Below are positions 38,214 to 49,540 of a stretch of DNA of 64,000 nucleotides, one piece after another; position 1 is the first letter of the stretch, and each line of letters opens with the position of its first letter. The stretch covers positions 103,045 through 167,044 of the forward strand of contig JAYNIM010000001.1 in the NCBI GenBank assembly GCA_038109055.1, read 5' to 3'. Source of the DNA: a bacterium (GTDB lineage: Bacteria; Margulisbacteria; Marinamargulisbacteria; GCA-2716485; JAYNIM01). The notes beneath the pieces were generated by a model, which was not told where the DNA came from, ran no database searches, and worked only from the letters and a program-made list of their open reading frames with translations. A program made the translations under genes and the position numbers.

Positions 38214-38750
38214 ATGTACGGTGATCAGGTTGAACGCTACTTAAGCCTTTTGAAAGAGTATAATGAGCATACCAATATTTATTCGAAGAAGGCCTATGAT
38301 AAATTGGATTTTCATGTCAAAGATAGCTGTGTTTTGGCAGGTTTAATTGGTAATAAGTCGTGTCGGGTGTTGGATATTGGTTCAGGTTCTGGATTTCCTT
38401 CTGTGATTATTGCTATTTGCAACCCTAAAAATAAGGTTCGGGCAGTCGAGTCTAAATCTCGTAAAACGCGTTTTTTAGAGCAGGTTAAAATAGACCTTTG
38501 CTTGGATAATTTTGAGGTGGTTCAGGCGAATATTGTGGAGTATGGCCGTTGTGATGTGCCAAAAGCAGATGTAATAACAGCTAAGGCGTTTGCTTCTTTG
38601 GAACGTGTAAAGCACGTGTCAAAGCCTCTCAGAAAGGCGCGACATTGTATTTGGATTCCGATTCATTATGATCAATTTGATGAGATTGAGGATACGAAAA
38701 CCTGTCGTATCGAAAAAGACGGATTTTATTATTTGAAACGAGAGGGTTAG
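38214..38750 (+). CDS. rsmG: 16S rRNA m7G527 methyltransferase
   Basis: HVKDS, LDIGSGSGFPS, VESKSRKTRFL, DVITAKAFASL. Confidence 0.88.
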   Translation: MYGDQVERYLSLLKEYNEHTNIYSKKAYDKLDFHVKDSCVLAGLIGNKSCRVLDIGSGSGFPSVIIAICNPKNKVRAVESKSRKTRFLEQVKIDLCLDNFEVVQANIVEYGRCDVPKADVITAKAFASLERVKHVSKPLRKARHCIWIPIHYDQFDEIEDTKTCRIEKDGFYYLKREG

Positions 38751-39176
38751 ATGACGCTTAAGGTATATCGTTTGGCTGAAAGTGATGAATTGAATTTGCC
38801 TGTGTATAGTAGTCAGGTTTCTGCTGGGTTCCCCTCCCCTGCGGATGATTATTTAGAGGGACATTTAGATTTGAATGTGCATTTGATTCAAAATAAAGAA
38901 GCGACGTTTATTGTTCGTGCGTCGGGTGATTCGATGCAGGGGGCGGGAATATTTGATCATGATTTGTTGTTGGTGGATCGTAGTTTAAGGCCTGTTTCTG
39001 GGAATGTGATTATTGCTTGTTTGCATGGTGAATTACTGGTGAAACGTTTACATATCCAAAATGGCTGTTATCAACTTTTGGCTGAAAATTCGGCTTATGC
39101 GCCTATTAAAATACATAAAAGTGATGATTTTTTAGTTTGGGGTGTGGTGATTCATGTCATTCATAAGCTGTGTTAG
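38751..39176 (+). CDS. umuD: DNA polymerase V subunit UmuD (S24 peptidase)
   Basis: VSAGFPSPADDY cleavage region, GDSM, VKRL, WGVV. Confidence 0.95.
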   Translation: MTLKVYRLAESDELNLPVYSSQVSAGFPSPADDYLEGHLDLNVHLIQNKEATFIVRASGDSMQGAGIFDHDLLLVDRSLRPVSGNVIIACLHGELLVKRLHIQNGCYQLLAENSAYAPIKIHKSDDFLVWGVVIHVIHKLC

Positions 39177-39230
39177 ATGGTTTTGATGGAGACTATTCGT
39201 ATGCTTTATAAAGCTTGTTAGGCATTTTTG

Positions 39231-40487
39231 ATGTTTGCTTTAGTTGATGCGAATAATTTTTATGTGTCTTGTGAACGGGTTTTTCAGCCTGATTTGGAGG
39301 GGAAACCTGTTCTGGTCTTATCTAATAATGATGGGTGTGTGATTGCACGTTCTGATGAAGTGAAAGCTTTGGGTTGTAAGATGGGTGAGCCTTATTTTAA
39401 GGTGAAAGAAAGGTTGAGTGGGCATGGTGTACGGGTGTTTTCCTCTAATTACGCCTTGTATGGAGATATGTCAGCACGATTGATGGCTCTGTTGATGGCT
39501 GGGTCTGCTGATGTAGAGGTGTATTCGGTGGACGAGGCGTTTTTGTTTTATCGAGATAGGCAGGATTGGAAGACGGAGGGGGCATCGTTAGTTGCGAAAA
39601 TTCGACAGTATTTAGGGTTGCCGATTAGTATTGGTTTTGCTGCGACGAAGACCTTGGCTAAAGTAGCTAATCGCTTGGCGAAACAGGATAAGGAGCGGTA
39701 TCAGGGAGTGTGTGTTTTAGATGACACCAATGTGGATCGAGGATTATCGGCGTTGCCGTTAACAGACTTGTGGGGGGTTGGACGTCGTCATGCGCGTTAT
39801 TTGCATGCCCAGGGATTTTCGACGGCTTATGATGTGAAATATGCGCCCACTGCTATGATCAAAAAACAATTGAAATCGCCGGGGCTTCAGTTGCAACATG
39901 AATTGAAGGGTCATGTTTGTCATGATTTAGAGTATGAGCCTGCTTTGCGTAAAAGTATTTGTGCGTCTAAAAGCTTTGGACGTAAGTTGTCAGATGTGGA
40001 TGTTGTGTTAGGAGCGCTGTTAAGTAATGTGGATCGTGCTCATGAAAAACTTCGTCAACAGGGGCTTTATGCAGGGTTTATGTTGGTGTTTGTTCATAGT
40101 TCACCTTTTAAGGGCGGGTATGTGTTTCATCGGGCACAATGTTCCTTGTCTGATCATGAACAATCATTGTTGTCTTTGAGTGGGATTGCAAAGAGGGCCT
40201 TGCTGTCTTGTTTTGATTCTAAAGTGAGGTATTGTAAATCAGGGGTTTTGCTTTGGGGCTTGTATTCCAAGGATTGTGTGCAGCCATCGTTGTTTGAAGA
40301 TAAAGTAGGTAATAGTAAGCAGTCAGAAAAACTTGATCAGGCTTTAGAGGCGGTGCGAAAGCGCTATGGAAAGAACAGTGTGGGGCTGGCAAGCACAGGG
40401 TGTTATGCGGCTGAGTATCAGATGAATTCTGCGCAACGATCGCCACGTTATAGCACGCGTTGGGATGAATTGTTAGAGGTGAGTTAA
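39231..40487 (+). CDS. umuC: Y-family DNA polymerase V subunit UmuC
   Basis: [50 protein letters not shown]. Confidence 0.96.
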   Translation: MFALVDANNFYVSCERVFQPDLEGKPVLVLSNNDGCVIARSDEVKALGCKMGEPYFKVKERLSGHGVRVFSSNYALYGDMSARLMALLMAGSADVEVYSVDEAFLFYRDRQDWKTEGASLVAKIRQYLGLPISIGFAATKTLAKVANRLAKQDKERYQGVCVLDDTNVDRGLSALPLTDLWGVGRRHARYLHAQGFSTAYDVKYAPTAMIKKQLKSPGLQLQHELKGHVCHDLEYEPALRKSICASKSFGRKLSDVDVVLGALLSNVDRAHEKLRQQGLYAGFMLVFVHSSPFKGGYVFHRAQCSLSDHEQSLLSLSGIAKRALLSCFDSKVRYCKSGVLLWGLYSKDCVQPSLFEDKVGNSKQSEKLDQALEAVRKRYGKNSVGLASTGCYAAEYQMNSAQRSPRYSTRWDELLEVS

Positions 40488-42248
40488 GCTGGGTTTTTTG
40501 GGTGATTTTGCTGTATGTGTGTAGGCCGTTTTTCCCTTTGCTGTCTTTCTAAATATATGTTCTAAACTTTTTGCTATAAGCCATATCGCTAAGCCAAGAA
40601 TGAGCGAGTTAATCACAAGTAAGCCCCAGGATCCTTGCTTGAAAAACTGCCATTGATTTGCGAGTGATGCCCATAATGTGATGGCTAATATAGCGACACA
40701 AGGAAGAAAGCTGACCCATACATAGCCTTTTTTTTCTTTTTTAAGAAACATTGTCACAAGGAGTAAGGCAAGGGCTGCTAATAGTTGATTGACTGTACCA
40801 AATAATGGCCAGAGAGCTAAAGCCCCTTTTCCATTAAGCCCTGACGAAAAGGCAAGTATTGCAGCTGAACATACGGCGATGCCACAACTCTTTGTGGGTG
40901 TTATCCAATTTTTAAGAGGGCTATTTTGACAAAGTTCAGTGATCATATATCGTTGAACTCGTGTTGCAGAGTCTAAGGTAGTTCCTGCGAAGGAGGCGAT
41001 TAATACCCCCATAATTGCGCTGGCAAAAGATGAGGATATCCCAATGCCAGACATGAAGTTAGCACAGCCAGTTACTACGGCGACTAATTTTGATCCAAGC
41101 CCTGAGGAGGATTGCCATGATCCATAGTGGGTATTCCAAGCCTGGATTCCAATAAGTGTTTGACCTTCATTATCGGTATAGGCAAGACTTAAACCTGCAC
41201 ATACAGCAATAATGATTAATACGGCTAAAAACCCCTCTCCTATCATAGATCCATACCCCACTGCTTTAGCGTCTATTTCGTTATTTATTTGTTTAGATGT
41301 GGTACCTGAACAGATTAAACTATGAAAACCTGAAATGGCGCCGCAAGCAATGGTGATACATAAAAAAGGCCATATTGAAGGTGCTCCTATGGGTGAAGGG
41401 TTAATGGCGGGAGCATGCATTATTAAGGGATTTCCTTGAAGGGCTATAGCGATCATACCAAGTAAAATTAATGCTAGAGCTATGTATAGTTGCCAGGCAT
41501 TTAAAAAATCTCTTGGTTGTAACAATGTATTTACGGGTATACGTGCAGCTACAAAGGCGTAGATTAGTAATATGAACGCCCAAATACCACTTGAAGGCAT
41601 ACTCCCCCAGTTAGGAAGTGTCAAAGGAAAGACTTGCCCCAGATATACGCAAACATACATGCCAGAAACACTTAGTATGGTTGCAAGGATTAAATTACCT
41701 TTTTTTTTAAACACCCAGTAGCCCATTCCGATAGCAATAGGGATTTCAAGCCAAATAGCGATAACTGAAGTTGGAAATTGGGTAAAAATGAGTCCCATAA
41801 TTAAGGCAAAAATAGCAATCACAATCCAGAGTGCTAAACAAATAATCATAAAAAAAGCATATTTTAGCTGAGGACCCAGGTATTGCTCGCTTATTTGAGC
41901 AATAGATTGGCCTTTGTTTCGAATGGAAAGCATTAGAACGGAAAAATCATGGACGGCTCCTAAAAAGATCGAGCCAAAGATGACCCATAACAAGGCGGGT
42001 AACCAGCCCCAAATGACCCCAATAGCTGGGCCTACAATCGGACCAGTTCCCGCAATAGAGGTAAAATGATGCCCAAACATCACACTTTTTTTTGAGGCGA
42101 TGAATTCTTTACCATCTGCCAGAGTATGGGAAGGTACAGAGGCCAGTATGTTGCAGTTAAAGATCTTTTTTTCTAGAAATCTTCCATAAAATTTGTAACC
42201 TGAACCCAGTAGAATTCCGCTGATAATTAAAATGAGTAAAGCAGACAT
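40473..42248 (-). CDS. cstA: Carbon starvation protein A family transporter
   Basis: [56 protein letters not shown]. Confidence 0.95.
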   Translation of the reverse strand: MSALLILIISGILLGSGYKFYGRFLEKKIFNCNILASVPSHTLADGKEFIASKKSVMFGHHFTSIAGTGPIVGPAIGVIWGWLPALLWVIFGSIFLGAVHDFSVLMLSIRNKGQSIAQISEQYLGPQLKYAFFMIICLALWIVIAIFALIMGLIFTQFPTSVIAIWLEIPIAIGMGYWVFKKKGNLILATILSVSGMYVCVYLGQVFPLTLPNWGSMPSSGIWAFILLIYAFVAARIPVNTLLQPRDFLNAWQLYIALALILLGMIAIALQGNPLIMHAPAINPSPIGAPSIWPFLCITIACGAISGFHSLICSGTTSKQINNEIDAKAVGYGSMIGEGFLAVLIIIAVCAGLSLAYTDNEGQTLIGIQAWNTHYGSWQSSSGLGSKLVAVVTGCANFMSGIGISSSFASAIMGVLIASFAGTTLDSATRVQRYMITELCQNSPLKNWITPTKSCGIAVCSAAILAFSSGLNGKGALALWPLFGTVNQLLAALALLLVTMFLKKEKKGYVWVSFLPCVAILAITLWASLANQWQFFKQGSWGLLVINSLILGLAIWLIAKSLEHIFRKTAKGKTAYTHTAKSPKKPSLTHL

Positions 42249-42406
42249 AAGTGCATAGTTTAACGTATTGTAATGACTTTGTTGAGTTTAAAGTTCGAGT
42301 GAGAATTTTTATTTATCGACTGAGTTTCTTTTATGTTTGTATGTAGGTTATTTTTGGTTAATGGTTAGATATTCAATTTCTCTTTTTATTTGTATAATGA
42401 GTCCGT

Positions 42407-42700
42407 ATGAAAGAATTGGGCATCGTTCATTTACGTATTATATCTCTTGTAGAAGGAATTTCTTTTTTATTGTTGCTTTTTGTGGGGATGCCGTTGAAGT
42501 ATGGCTTAGGTATACGTTCGGTTAATATGTTTTTGGGGCAAACGCACGGGTTTCTGACTATTATTTTCTTTTTTGTATTGGTGATGGTCTGGAGTAAACA
42601 GCTGTTGAGTACGCGTTTTAGTTTGGGGGTTTTTGTGGCCTCTTTGATTCCTTTTGGGGCCTTTGTTGCGGAAAGAAAATTAAAAAAATTGAAGGGCTAA
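42407..42700 (+). CDS. DUF3817 family membrane protein
   Basis: EGISFLLLLFVGMPLKY, G..HG, ASLIPFG.F. Confidence 0.88.
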   Translation: MKELGIVHLRIISLVEGISFLLLLFVGMPLKYGLGIRSVNMFLGQTHGFLTIIFFFVLVMVWSKQLLSTRFSLGVFVASLIPFGAFVAERKLKKLKG

Positions 42701-42727
42701 CGTCAAGACTTCTTTAGCTTTTTTTGA

Positions 42728-44575
42728 CTATTTTTTTGTTTTTTGTTGTTTCTTGCTATCTAAATAGACCAATAAAATCATAATGTCTGCTGGGTTAATG
42801 CCTGCGATACGTTTGGCTTCGTAGATGGTTTTAGGTTGTTCACTTTTTAATTTTTCACGACTTTCGTTACGTAAGCCTAAAATGCTGTCATAATTGATGG
42901 AGCTGGGGATTTCTTTTTTTTCTTGTTTGTTTATTTTTTCGATATCTTGGGCTTGTTTTTTAATGTAGCCCTCGTATTTGGCCATGACAAGCGCTTGATG
43001 TTGTCGTTCTTTTTCTGATTCGGTACATGTATCAGGCAAGTCAAGATGTTTGAGGGTGAAATCAGGGCGTTTGACCAAGTGTGCAAGACGGCATTGATGA
43101 TCTAAATTGAATGTTGAGAGATGTTGGGGGGTACAGGGTGTTTTTTGCCATGATTTAAGAATCTGATGTATTCGTGTTTCATTGTTTTGAATTAGCGTGA
43201 TTTGTGTCTTTGTTAAAAGATCATAGTCATGTGCTTTTTTACTTAAGCGATACCAGGGATTATCTTGGCGTAATAATAAACGGTACTCTGAACGGGACGA
43301 AAGCATGCGATAGGGTTCGTAAATGGGCTTGGTTATCAAATCATCAATCAATGTACCAATATAGGAATCTTGACGAGTTAAAATAAAAGGCTTTCGTTTT
43401 TGGCAGTTAGCGGCAGCGTTAATTCCTGCTATAACCCCCTGCCCTGCGGCTTCTTCATAGCCTGAGGTGCCATTGATTTGACCTGCTGAAAAGAGGTTTT
43501 TAATCTGTTTACATTCTAAGGTGGCCTTGAGTTGATTGGGATAAATAAAATCATATTCAACTGCATAGCCATAGCGAATGACTTTTACGTCTTCTAGGCC
43601 TACCATGCTTTTTAAAAGGGCTAATTGAATATCGGCTGGAAGTGACGTATTTAGTCCTTGTGGATAAATTTCATTTGTATGTAGACTTTCGGGTTCGATG
43701 AAAATATGGTGTTGATCTTTGTCTTTAAAGCGAACAATTTTATCTTCAATAGAGGGACAATAACGTGGGCCTACCCCTTTGATTACTTTCTGGTATAAAG
43801 GAGATCGATCTAGGTTGTTTAAAATTAGATTATGGGAGTCTTTGTTGGTATAGCTTAGATAGCATGGGACTTGGTTTTGGTAGCGGGTGTTATAGGTGGT
43901 TTCAAAAGAAAAATGTAGCCATTGATCATCGCCGGGTTCGATACGTAGTTTCTTGTAGTTAATACTATCTTTGTCTAAACGTGGTGGGGTGCCGGTTTTA
44001 AGTCGGCCGAGTTTGAGGTGTTTTTTGAGGCTATCAGATAGGGAGCTTGCGGGGGGTTCTCCGACTCTTCCCCCTTTTTTTTGTTCGTTTCCGGTATGCA
44101 TCAATCCTTTTAAAAAGGTGCCAGAGGTGATGATTACGGCTTTGGCTTTGTAGGTTTTCTGACTAGCTTTGACGCCTTGAATGTGATTGTTTTCAATGAG
44201 TAATTCATCCACGCTGGCCTCTATAACTGTGATGTTGATGTTGTTTTGAATGATGCGTTGCATGTAGCGTTGATACTCGATTTTGTCGTTTTGAGATCGT
44301 AGACACTGTACGGCTGGTCCTCGTGATCGGTTCAAGACTTTCATTTGCAGCATGGTGGCATCTGCAGCTTTGCCCATTTCTCCCCCTAATGCATCAATTT
44401 CACCTACGATTTGACCTTTTGCAGGGCCTCCTATAGACGGATTACAGGGCATGAGACCAATATTTTCTTTATTAATAGTAAACATGATGACCTTGCAGCC
44501 CATTCGGCTAGCAGCAAGGGCCGCTTCTATGCCGGCGTGGCCGGTGCCAATGACAATGATGTCTGTTTTATTCAT
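42728..44575 (-). CDS. mnmG: tRNA uridine-5-carboxymethylaminomethyl(34) synthesis enzyme
   Basis: GHAGIEAA, MPCNPSIGG, RLKTGTPPR, GPRYCPSIEDK, GQINGTSGYEEAA. Confidence 0.98.
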   Translation of the reverse strand: MNKTDIIVIGTGHAGIEAALAASRMGCKVIMFTINKENIGLMPCNPSIGGPAKGQIVGEIDALGGEMGKAADATMLQMKVLNRSRGPAVQCLRSQNDKIEYQRYMQRIIQNNINITVIEASVDELLIENNHIQGVKASQKTYKAKAVIITSGTFLKGLMHTGNEQKKGGRVGEPPASSLSDSLKKHLKLGRLKTGTPPRLDKDSINYKKLRIEPGDDQWLHFSFETTYNTRYQNQVPCYLSYTNKDSHNLILNNLDRSPLYQKVIKGVGPRYCPSIEDKIVRFKDKDQHHIFIEPESLHTNEIYPQGLNTSLPADIQLALLKSMVGLEDVKVIRYGYAVEYDFIYPNQLKATLECKQIKNLFSAGQINGTSGYEEAAGQGVIAGINAAANCQKRKPFILTRQDSYIGTLIDDLITKPIYEPYRMLSSRSEYRLLLRQDNPWYRLSKKAHDYDLLTKTQITLIQNNETRIHQILKSWQKTPCTPQHLSTFNLDHQCRLAHLVKRPDFTLKHLDLPDTCTESEKERQHQALVMAKYEGYIKKQAQDIEKINKQEKKEIPSSINYDSILGLRNESREKLKSEQPKTIYEAKRIAGINPADIMILLVYLDSKKQQKTKK

Positions 44576-44678
44576 AGGCCATAGTTTAACATTTTTTGTT
44601 TGATTATATTATGACTAAACTTTATATTTATCATTTAAGTATCTTTATAGATTTTTTGAATGTGTGTATGTTTTTTAT

Positions 44679-46424
44679 TTAAAACCTAAACTTAAATTCT
44701 CTGTATTTGCCTTTCTTTATTTTTGAGTAGCGTTTTCTTTTTTTCTTTTTTTTCTTTTTATCTTTATCTTTATTATCTTCTTCGTGTTCTATAGGCTTTA
44801 TTTTGCTGTTATTGAGTTGCATAAAAACGTCGATGACTTTGTAGGTGATGCGCCATATGTCGAGGATATTGCTTACGGTTCGGGCGGCACTGCCGCTGCT
44901 GAGTATGCTTTGTGAAGGAATGGCGTAGTATAGCCCGATACTTATATGATAGTTGTTAAAATTGATACTAGATTTTTCTTTTGTTTCTAAAAGTTCAAAC
45001 AAGGCCTTCGAGGTTAATTGTTTGGAAAATTGGGAGTAAATGTACCAGTTTTCATTGATAGCTTTGCGGTAATTGAGGCCGAATGTGAGTAAAAAAGCGC
45101 TGTTTTTCTCGAGCCAGCCAAACTGCCAGTTTTGTGTACGTAGCTGTTGACCATAGGCGCGTTCTTGGATGCCTAGGCCTCCTAAGAGGCCGATGCTGTG
45201 CCTCTTGAACCAATAACGTTTTTCTAGCATTAAGGTCCAGTGGGTGAGACGTTTGAGGTGGATGGTATAGTGTGGTGTTTGGGCGATGTTGATATTGGAG
45301 AGGGAAAGATCCGCGTGTATGGATAAGAACCAGTTGGGTTTGTTGAGTATTTTTGCTAAAGGGAATGTGATGCTACTTGAAAAGCTAGAGATATTTTTGC
45401 CTTCTATATTGAGTATTTGGCCATAACTTGCTAAAAAGTCGAGGCCTAAACGTGGATAGCTTTCTGCCCAGCTACCTACAGTTTGCCAGTCGCCCCATAG
45501 TTGTTTGGCTTGGTTGGGGGCTGTTGGTGTCGATTTTACCTTTGTGATTTGGATGAGACCTTGTTTTTGGATTTTTATTCCTGTGTTGTTTTGTTCGTAG
45601 CCTTTGAGTAAAAATTCGTCGCCAATCCTGATTGTTTGTAAGGGAGATGGGGCGAGTTCATAATAATCATTTAAGGCATAGGTGATGGTTTGACGCTGTT
45701 TGAGTTCGGGGATTGTTTTACTTTTGTTTTGGGCTGCGGCAGCGAATTCCTCGTAGATATCTAAGTGTATCCAGCGTGATGCATCATGGACGTTGATGGG
45801 GATTTTTTTTAAAAAATGTAGGGTGATGCTATTGTCGGGCTGTGTGAGGATTTGAAACCATAATACTCCGCCAGAGAGGCTTGTTTTTAGGGGTTTTATG
45901 TTGTTTTTTATAGGTATTTGTGTGATTTTTGTGATGAAAGGTAGATACATAAAACTGCTATTTTGTAACAACACTAAATCTTCTTTTGTGAGGGCTTTAC
46001 TTTTGCCCTTTGTTTCGGCGAAGTTTGTTTTTGAGGTATTTTTTGTAAGGATATCTTTGTTTTTTTGAAGATTTTCTTTGTTTGTTATAAGTTGCTGAAA
46101 GCTGTTTTGGTAATGTGTTTGGATGAGTGTTTGGATATTTGGTGTATTTATTGCTTGAAGAGTATTTAACTTTTTTTGAAAGGGCTTCGTGATATTTTGG
46201 CTGACTGTTTTTGTTTGATAATTGTAGAGGGTTAATTTTTTATTTAGCTTTTGAGTTAATTTTTTCTGGTCATAGGCTGTATGAGATTGTGTATGCGTAT
46301 TGATGATGACCGTGCGGGTATCGATAAGATATTTGGGGATGTTGAAGGGGTTTAGTGAGGCTGGGAGTGAAGGTTTTTCCAATCCTAATACGAGTAGTAA
46401 TGTTAGAGCATATTTTTTTTTCAT
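44679..46424 (-). CDS. Hypothetical exported/outer-membrane protein with beta-strand-rich C-terminal half and poly-Lys tail
   Basis: Signal-like N-terminus, alternating aromatic strands (HISIGLYYAI), tail DKKKKKKRKRYSKIKKGKYREFKFRF. Confidence 0.55.
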   Translation of the reverse strand: MKKKYALTLLLVLGLEKPSLPASLNPFNIPKYLIDTRTVIINTHTQSHTAYDQKKLTQKLNKKLTLYNYQTKTVSQNITKPFQKKLNTLQAINTPNIQTLIQTHYQNSFQQLITNKENLQKNKDILTKNTSKTNFAETKGKSKALTKEDLVLLQNSSFMYLPFITKITQIPIKNNIKPLKTSLSGGVLWFQILTQPDNSITLHFLKKIPINVHDASRWIHLDIYEEFAAAAQNKSKTIPELKQRQTITYALNDYYELAPSPLQTIRIGDEFLLKGYEQNNTGIKIQKQGLIQITKVKSTPTAPNQAKQLWGDWQTVGSWAESYPRLGLDFLASYGQILNIEGKNISSFSSSITFPLAKILNKPNWFLSIHADLSLSNINIAQTPHYTIHLKRLTHWTLMLEKRYWFKRHSIGLLGGLGIQERAYGQQLRTQNWQFGWLEKNSAFLLTFGLNYRKAINENWYIYSQFSKQLTSKALFELLETKEKSSINFNNYHISIGLYYAIPSQSILSSGSAARTVSNILDIWRITYKVIDVFMQLNNSKIKPIEHEEDNKDKDKKKKKKKRKRYSKIKKGKYREFKFRF

Positions 46425-46663
46425 TTTGTTTATTATTGGTTTCTTTTATTATTTCTGCAATATCTTTGTTCTTAACTATCTTCTTAAGATTCTTGTTTTA
46501 AGGTATCGCATTGTTAATTTTTATGAGTTAGTGTGGTCGCCATGCTTTTATTTCCCAGTGCTTTATTTTTCGGCTGCCATGTTGCGCAGGGTTTATCTTC
46601 ATTCTGTTGTCTTTATTTTGTATGCCAGGACCTAATTTCAGAGGAGTTCTATCAAGGGATAGC

Positions 46664-49480
46664 TTAGTGTGTTGCCATAAACAGTTCTAAGGGATGTTTT
46701 GGAGTGTGTGCGTGTAATGTGAGTTTGTGTGCACAGGAAAAACCGGTGACTAAGATGTTCGTTTTGACTTGTCTATTCCATCCTTTTTGAAAAATGTCGT
46801 TGCTAGCGTTTTGGTTTTGAGATTGATACCCATAAAGGCCTGCTTGACCGCAGCAGCCTAAAGGAAGGTAGTTTGTTTGAATGTTGAGTTGTTTAAATAA
46901 TGTTAGCCAGTCTTGAATGTCTTTTGGATGGCTTTGTTCCATACAATGGGCGAAGAATTGCCATGTTATGTTTAGGTTTTTGGGGCTTAGCTTTGGGAGA
47001 TCTTTGTGGTTGTTGAGTAAAAAACGTTGTAGGCTAATGAGGGGTTTTTTAAGTGCGGCATTTGCGTATCTGTATTCGTCGTGGAAGCAATAAAATATAC
47101 TGGGTTCTATACAGAGTATGGCCCCTTTTTGATGGAGTGAATCAAGCATTGTTTTGTTTTTTTGTGCGATTTTTTTGAAGGTCTGGGGATGACCTAGGAT
47201 CTCCTGTGTTTTGCCAATTTCAAAATATCTAATCAGCTGAGGATTTTTATTTAATTTTTCACATAAGATAAACAATGTTTCGATATATTTAGGGGTGTAT
47301 AATCGGGTGAAGGGGTCTTGGATAATAAATACCTTTTCTTTGTTCGTGGAGGACTTTTTTTTGGGGATTTTTAGTTGACTTGTGCTTGGGATTGGCAAGT
47401 TTTCAAGTTTGAGAAGGTGTTTGATCCATGTTTTGATTATTGAATTTTTGAGGAGTGTACTTAGAACATATCGAAGTGTGATTTGTAAGGGAATACTGCG
47501 TTCAAATTGACGGAGTAGTTTATCCCTTAAGGGGCGTTTGAAATACTGATAGTACCAGTTGAGGTAATGACTTTTATATCTTGGTATATCGATAGCGACT
47601 GGGCAGGTTTCACTACAGGCTTTGCAGCTAAGGCAGTTTGTAAGGCTTGCTTTAATGTCCTGTAGGAGTTGTTTGTGCTTATAGATGTTTGTTTTGCTTG
47701 TATGTTTGATGTTTTGTAGCCAATGTTTAAGTAGCATGGCGCGGCCTTTTGGGCTGTGTAGTTTGTGGCGGCTGTATTTATATGAAGGACACATGTTCTG
47801 AGTGAGACTACTGCTGTGGCAGAGTCCATTACCATTGCAATGAAAGATATTTTGGAAATGATTATGGTCGTGTTTGCTTAGTGTGGATGTTTGGTTATAT
47901 CGTAAAGGGCCTAGGCTATTGAATGTATTGAGGCTATACCCTTCTGGAGCAACAATTTTTCCAGGGTTGAGTTTGTTATGTGGATCCAGCAGTGTTTTTA
48001 TTTGTTTAAGTAAGGGATAACAAGGTCCAAATATATCTGGGAGAGCTTCGTGTCTAAAGCCTTTGCCATGTTCAGCCCAGACAATACCGTGATATTTTTG
48101 TACGATTTTGATGGCTTCTCTTTGTAGATGGTTCAATTTTTGTCTGTCTTCTTCGTTGTTTAGATTGAGCCGGGGTCGCATGTGAATACAGCCGACGTCA
48201 GCGTGTCCATACATGGCAGCAGTGACCTTTTGTTTCTTAAACAAGTCTTTGATGTCATTGATATATTCAACGAGGTGTTTGGGGTCGACAGCATGATCTT
48301 CCATAAAAGGAATGGCTTGTGTATTGTTGATGACCTTGCTGATGGCCCCGACGCTTTCTTTTCGCAGCTGCCAATACTTTTTTATGTCGTTTTTTTCTGT
48401 GATATGTATGCTTCTGATGATCTGTGCCTTGAGACTTTTTGTGAGTGTATGGAGGGGTGTTTTTATGCTTTCTTGATCAATTTCTATGTAGGTTATGGCT
48501 TTTGTTGCTTCTTTTTTGGTGTTGCTTAGTTGGGAGATTAAGGGATTTTCTTGGCTGTGTTCTAATACCTGTTCATCGATGATTTCAATGGCAATGGGCC
48601 GTTGTTTTTTGAGAGTAGTTATACAGTTTAAGGCGGCGTCAAAGCTTGGATGGCTTAAGATGATTAAGGAGGTGTTTTGAGGTAGTTTTGTTAGTTTACA
48701 GCGTAGTTTTGTCACAATACCTAAAGTGCCTTCTGACCCTGAAAATAAAGGGATTAAAGATAGCGTATTTTTTTCTTTATTTAGGATATGCTTTAAATTA
48801 TATCCACTTAAAAACCGTGTTGTATCTTTGAATACCTTCTGGATGATTGCTTGTTTGTTAATCGCGATGTTGTAGAGGCTTTGATGGAGTGTAGGTTGTG
48901 TTTGTAATTGATTTATTGGAATCGATGAGAGGGTATGTTTTTCACCGTTTGCTAACACAATGTCACAGCTTAGAATGTGTTGGCTTGTTTTGCCGTAGCG
49001 TAGACTGCCTTTTCCACTGGCATCTGTGCTGAACATTCCGCCAATGGTTGCACGATCGGCTGGTGAAACGTTGGGGGCAAAGTGATAGTTATAGGGGCTG
49101 AGGTAGTTGTTAAGTTCGGCTAGGGTGACGCCGGGATCTACGTCTACCCACTCTTCCTCTATGTTTAGTTTACCAATATGATGCATAAAGCGAGAGAGAT
49201 CAAGAATGATACTGCTATTAAGGGATTGACCGTTACATCCGGTTGCTCCGCCTTTTGCAGTGATGCTAAGATCATGGAATTTTTTGTTGTTTAAAAGAGT
49301 AAGTGTTTCTTTTATGGCGCTTTCATTTTTTGGATAAATAATGGCCTCTGGCACTACTTCATAGATAGAATTATCTGTGGCGGAGATGATTTTTTCTGCC
49401 TTGCTGCTACTGATTTCAGCGTCGATGTTTTTTGTTTTTAGTGTGTCTAAAAAGAGTGTTACTGTTGGATTATCTGTCAT
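46664..49480 (-). CDS. FAD-binding/Fe-S oxidoreductase, YdiJ (D-2-hydroxyglutarate dehydrogenase)-like
   Basis: TDNSIY, ATIGGM..TDASG.GS, GSEGTL, GHADVGCIH.RP, AEHGKG, CNGNGLC, MCPS, CLSCKAC...CP, CCG.AG. Confidence 0.9.
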   Translation of the reverse strand: MTDNPTVTLFLDTLKTKNIDAEISSSKAEKIISATDNSIYEVVPEAIIYPKNESAIKETLTLLNNKKFHDLSITAKGGATGCNGQSLNSSIILDLSRFMHHIGKLNIEEEWVDVDPGVTLAELNNYLSPYNYHFAPNVSPADRATIGGMFSTDASGKGSLRYGKTSQHILSCDIVLANGEKHTLSSIPINQLQTQPTLHQSLYNIAINKQAIIQKVFKDTTRFLSGYNLKHILNKEKNTLSLIPLFSGSEGTLGIVTKLRCKLTKLPQNTSLIILSHPSFDAALNCITTLKKQRPIAIEIIDEQVLEHSQENPLISQLSNTKKEATKAITYIEIDQESIKTPLHTLTKSLKAQIIRSIHITEKNDIKKYWQLRKESVGAISKVINNTQAIPFMEDHAVDPKHLVEYINDIKDLFKKQKVTAAMYGHADVGCIHMRPRLNLNNEEDRQKLNHLQREAIKIVQKYHGIVWAEHGKGFRHEALPDIFGPCYPLLKQIKTLLDPHNKLNPGKIVAPEGYSLNTFNSLGPLRYNQTSTLSKHDHNHFQNIFHCNGNGLCHSSSLTQNMCPSYKYSRHKLHSPKGRAMLLKHWLQNIKHTSKTNIYKHKQLLQDIKASLTNCLSCKACSETCPVAIDIPRYKSHYLNWYYQYFKRPLRDKLLRQFERSIPLQITLRYVLSTLLKNSIIKTWIKHLLKLENLPIPSTSQLKIPKKKSSTNKEKVFIIQDPFTRLYTPKYIETLFILCEKLNKNPQLIRYFEIGKTQEILGHPQTFKKIAQKNKTMLDSLHQKGAILCIEPSIFYCFHDEYRYANAALKKPLISLQRFLLNNHKDLPKLSPKNLNITWQFFAHCMEQSHPKDIQDWLTLFKQLNIQTNYLPLGCCGQAGLYGYQSQNQNASNDIFQKGWNRQVKTNILVTGFSCAHKLTLHAHTPKHPLELFMATH

Positions 49481-49540
49481 TTTTGGGTATTTTTGTTCTT
49501 ATTTATTAGGATATACCCTTTTTTGATAGTTTTTATACAT

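Noticed and set aside
46430..46663. Cobalamin riboswitch upstream of the 581-aa envelope gene
   Set aside because: Only fragments (GCAAC, GCACTGGGAA) resemble it; the B12 box and core helices are not found.
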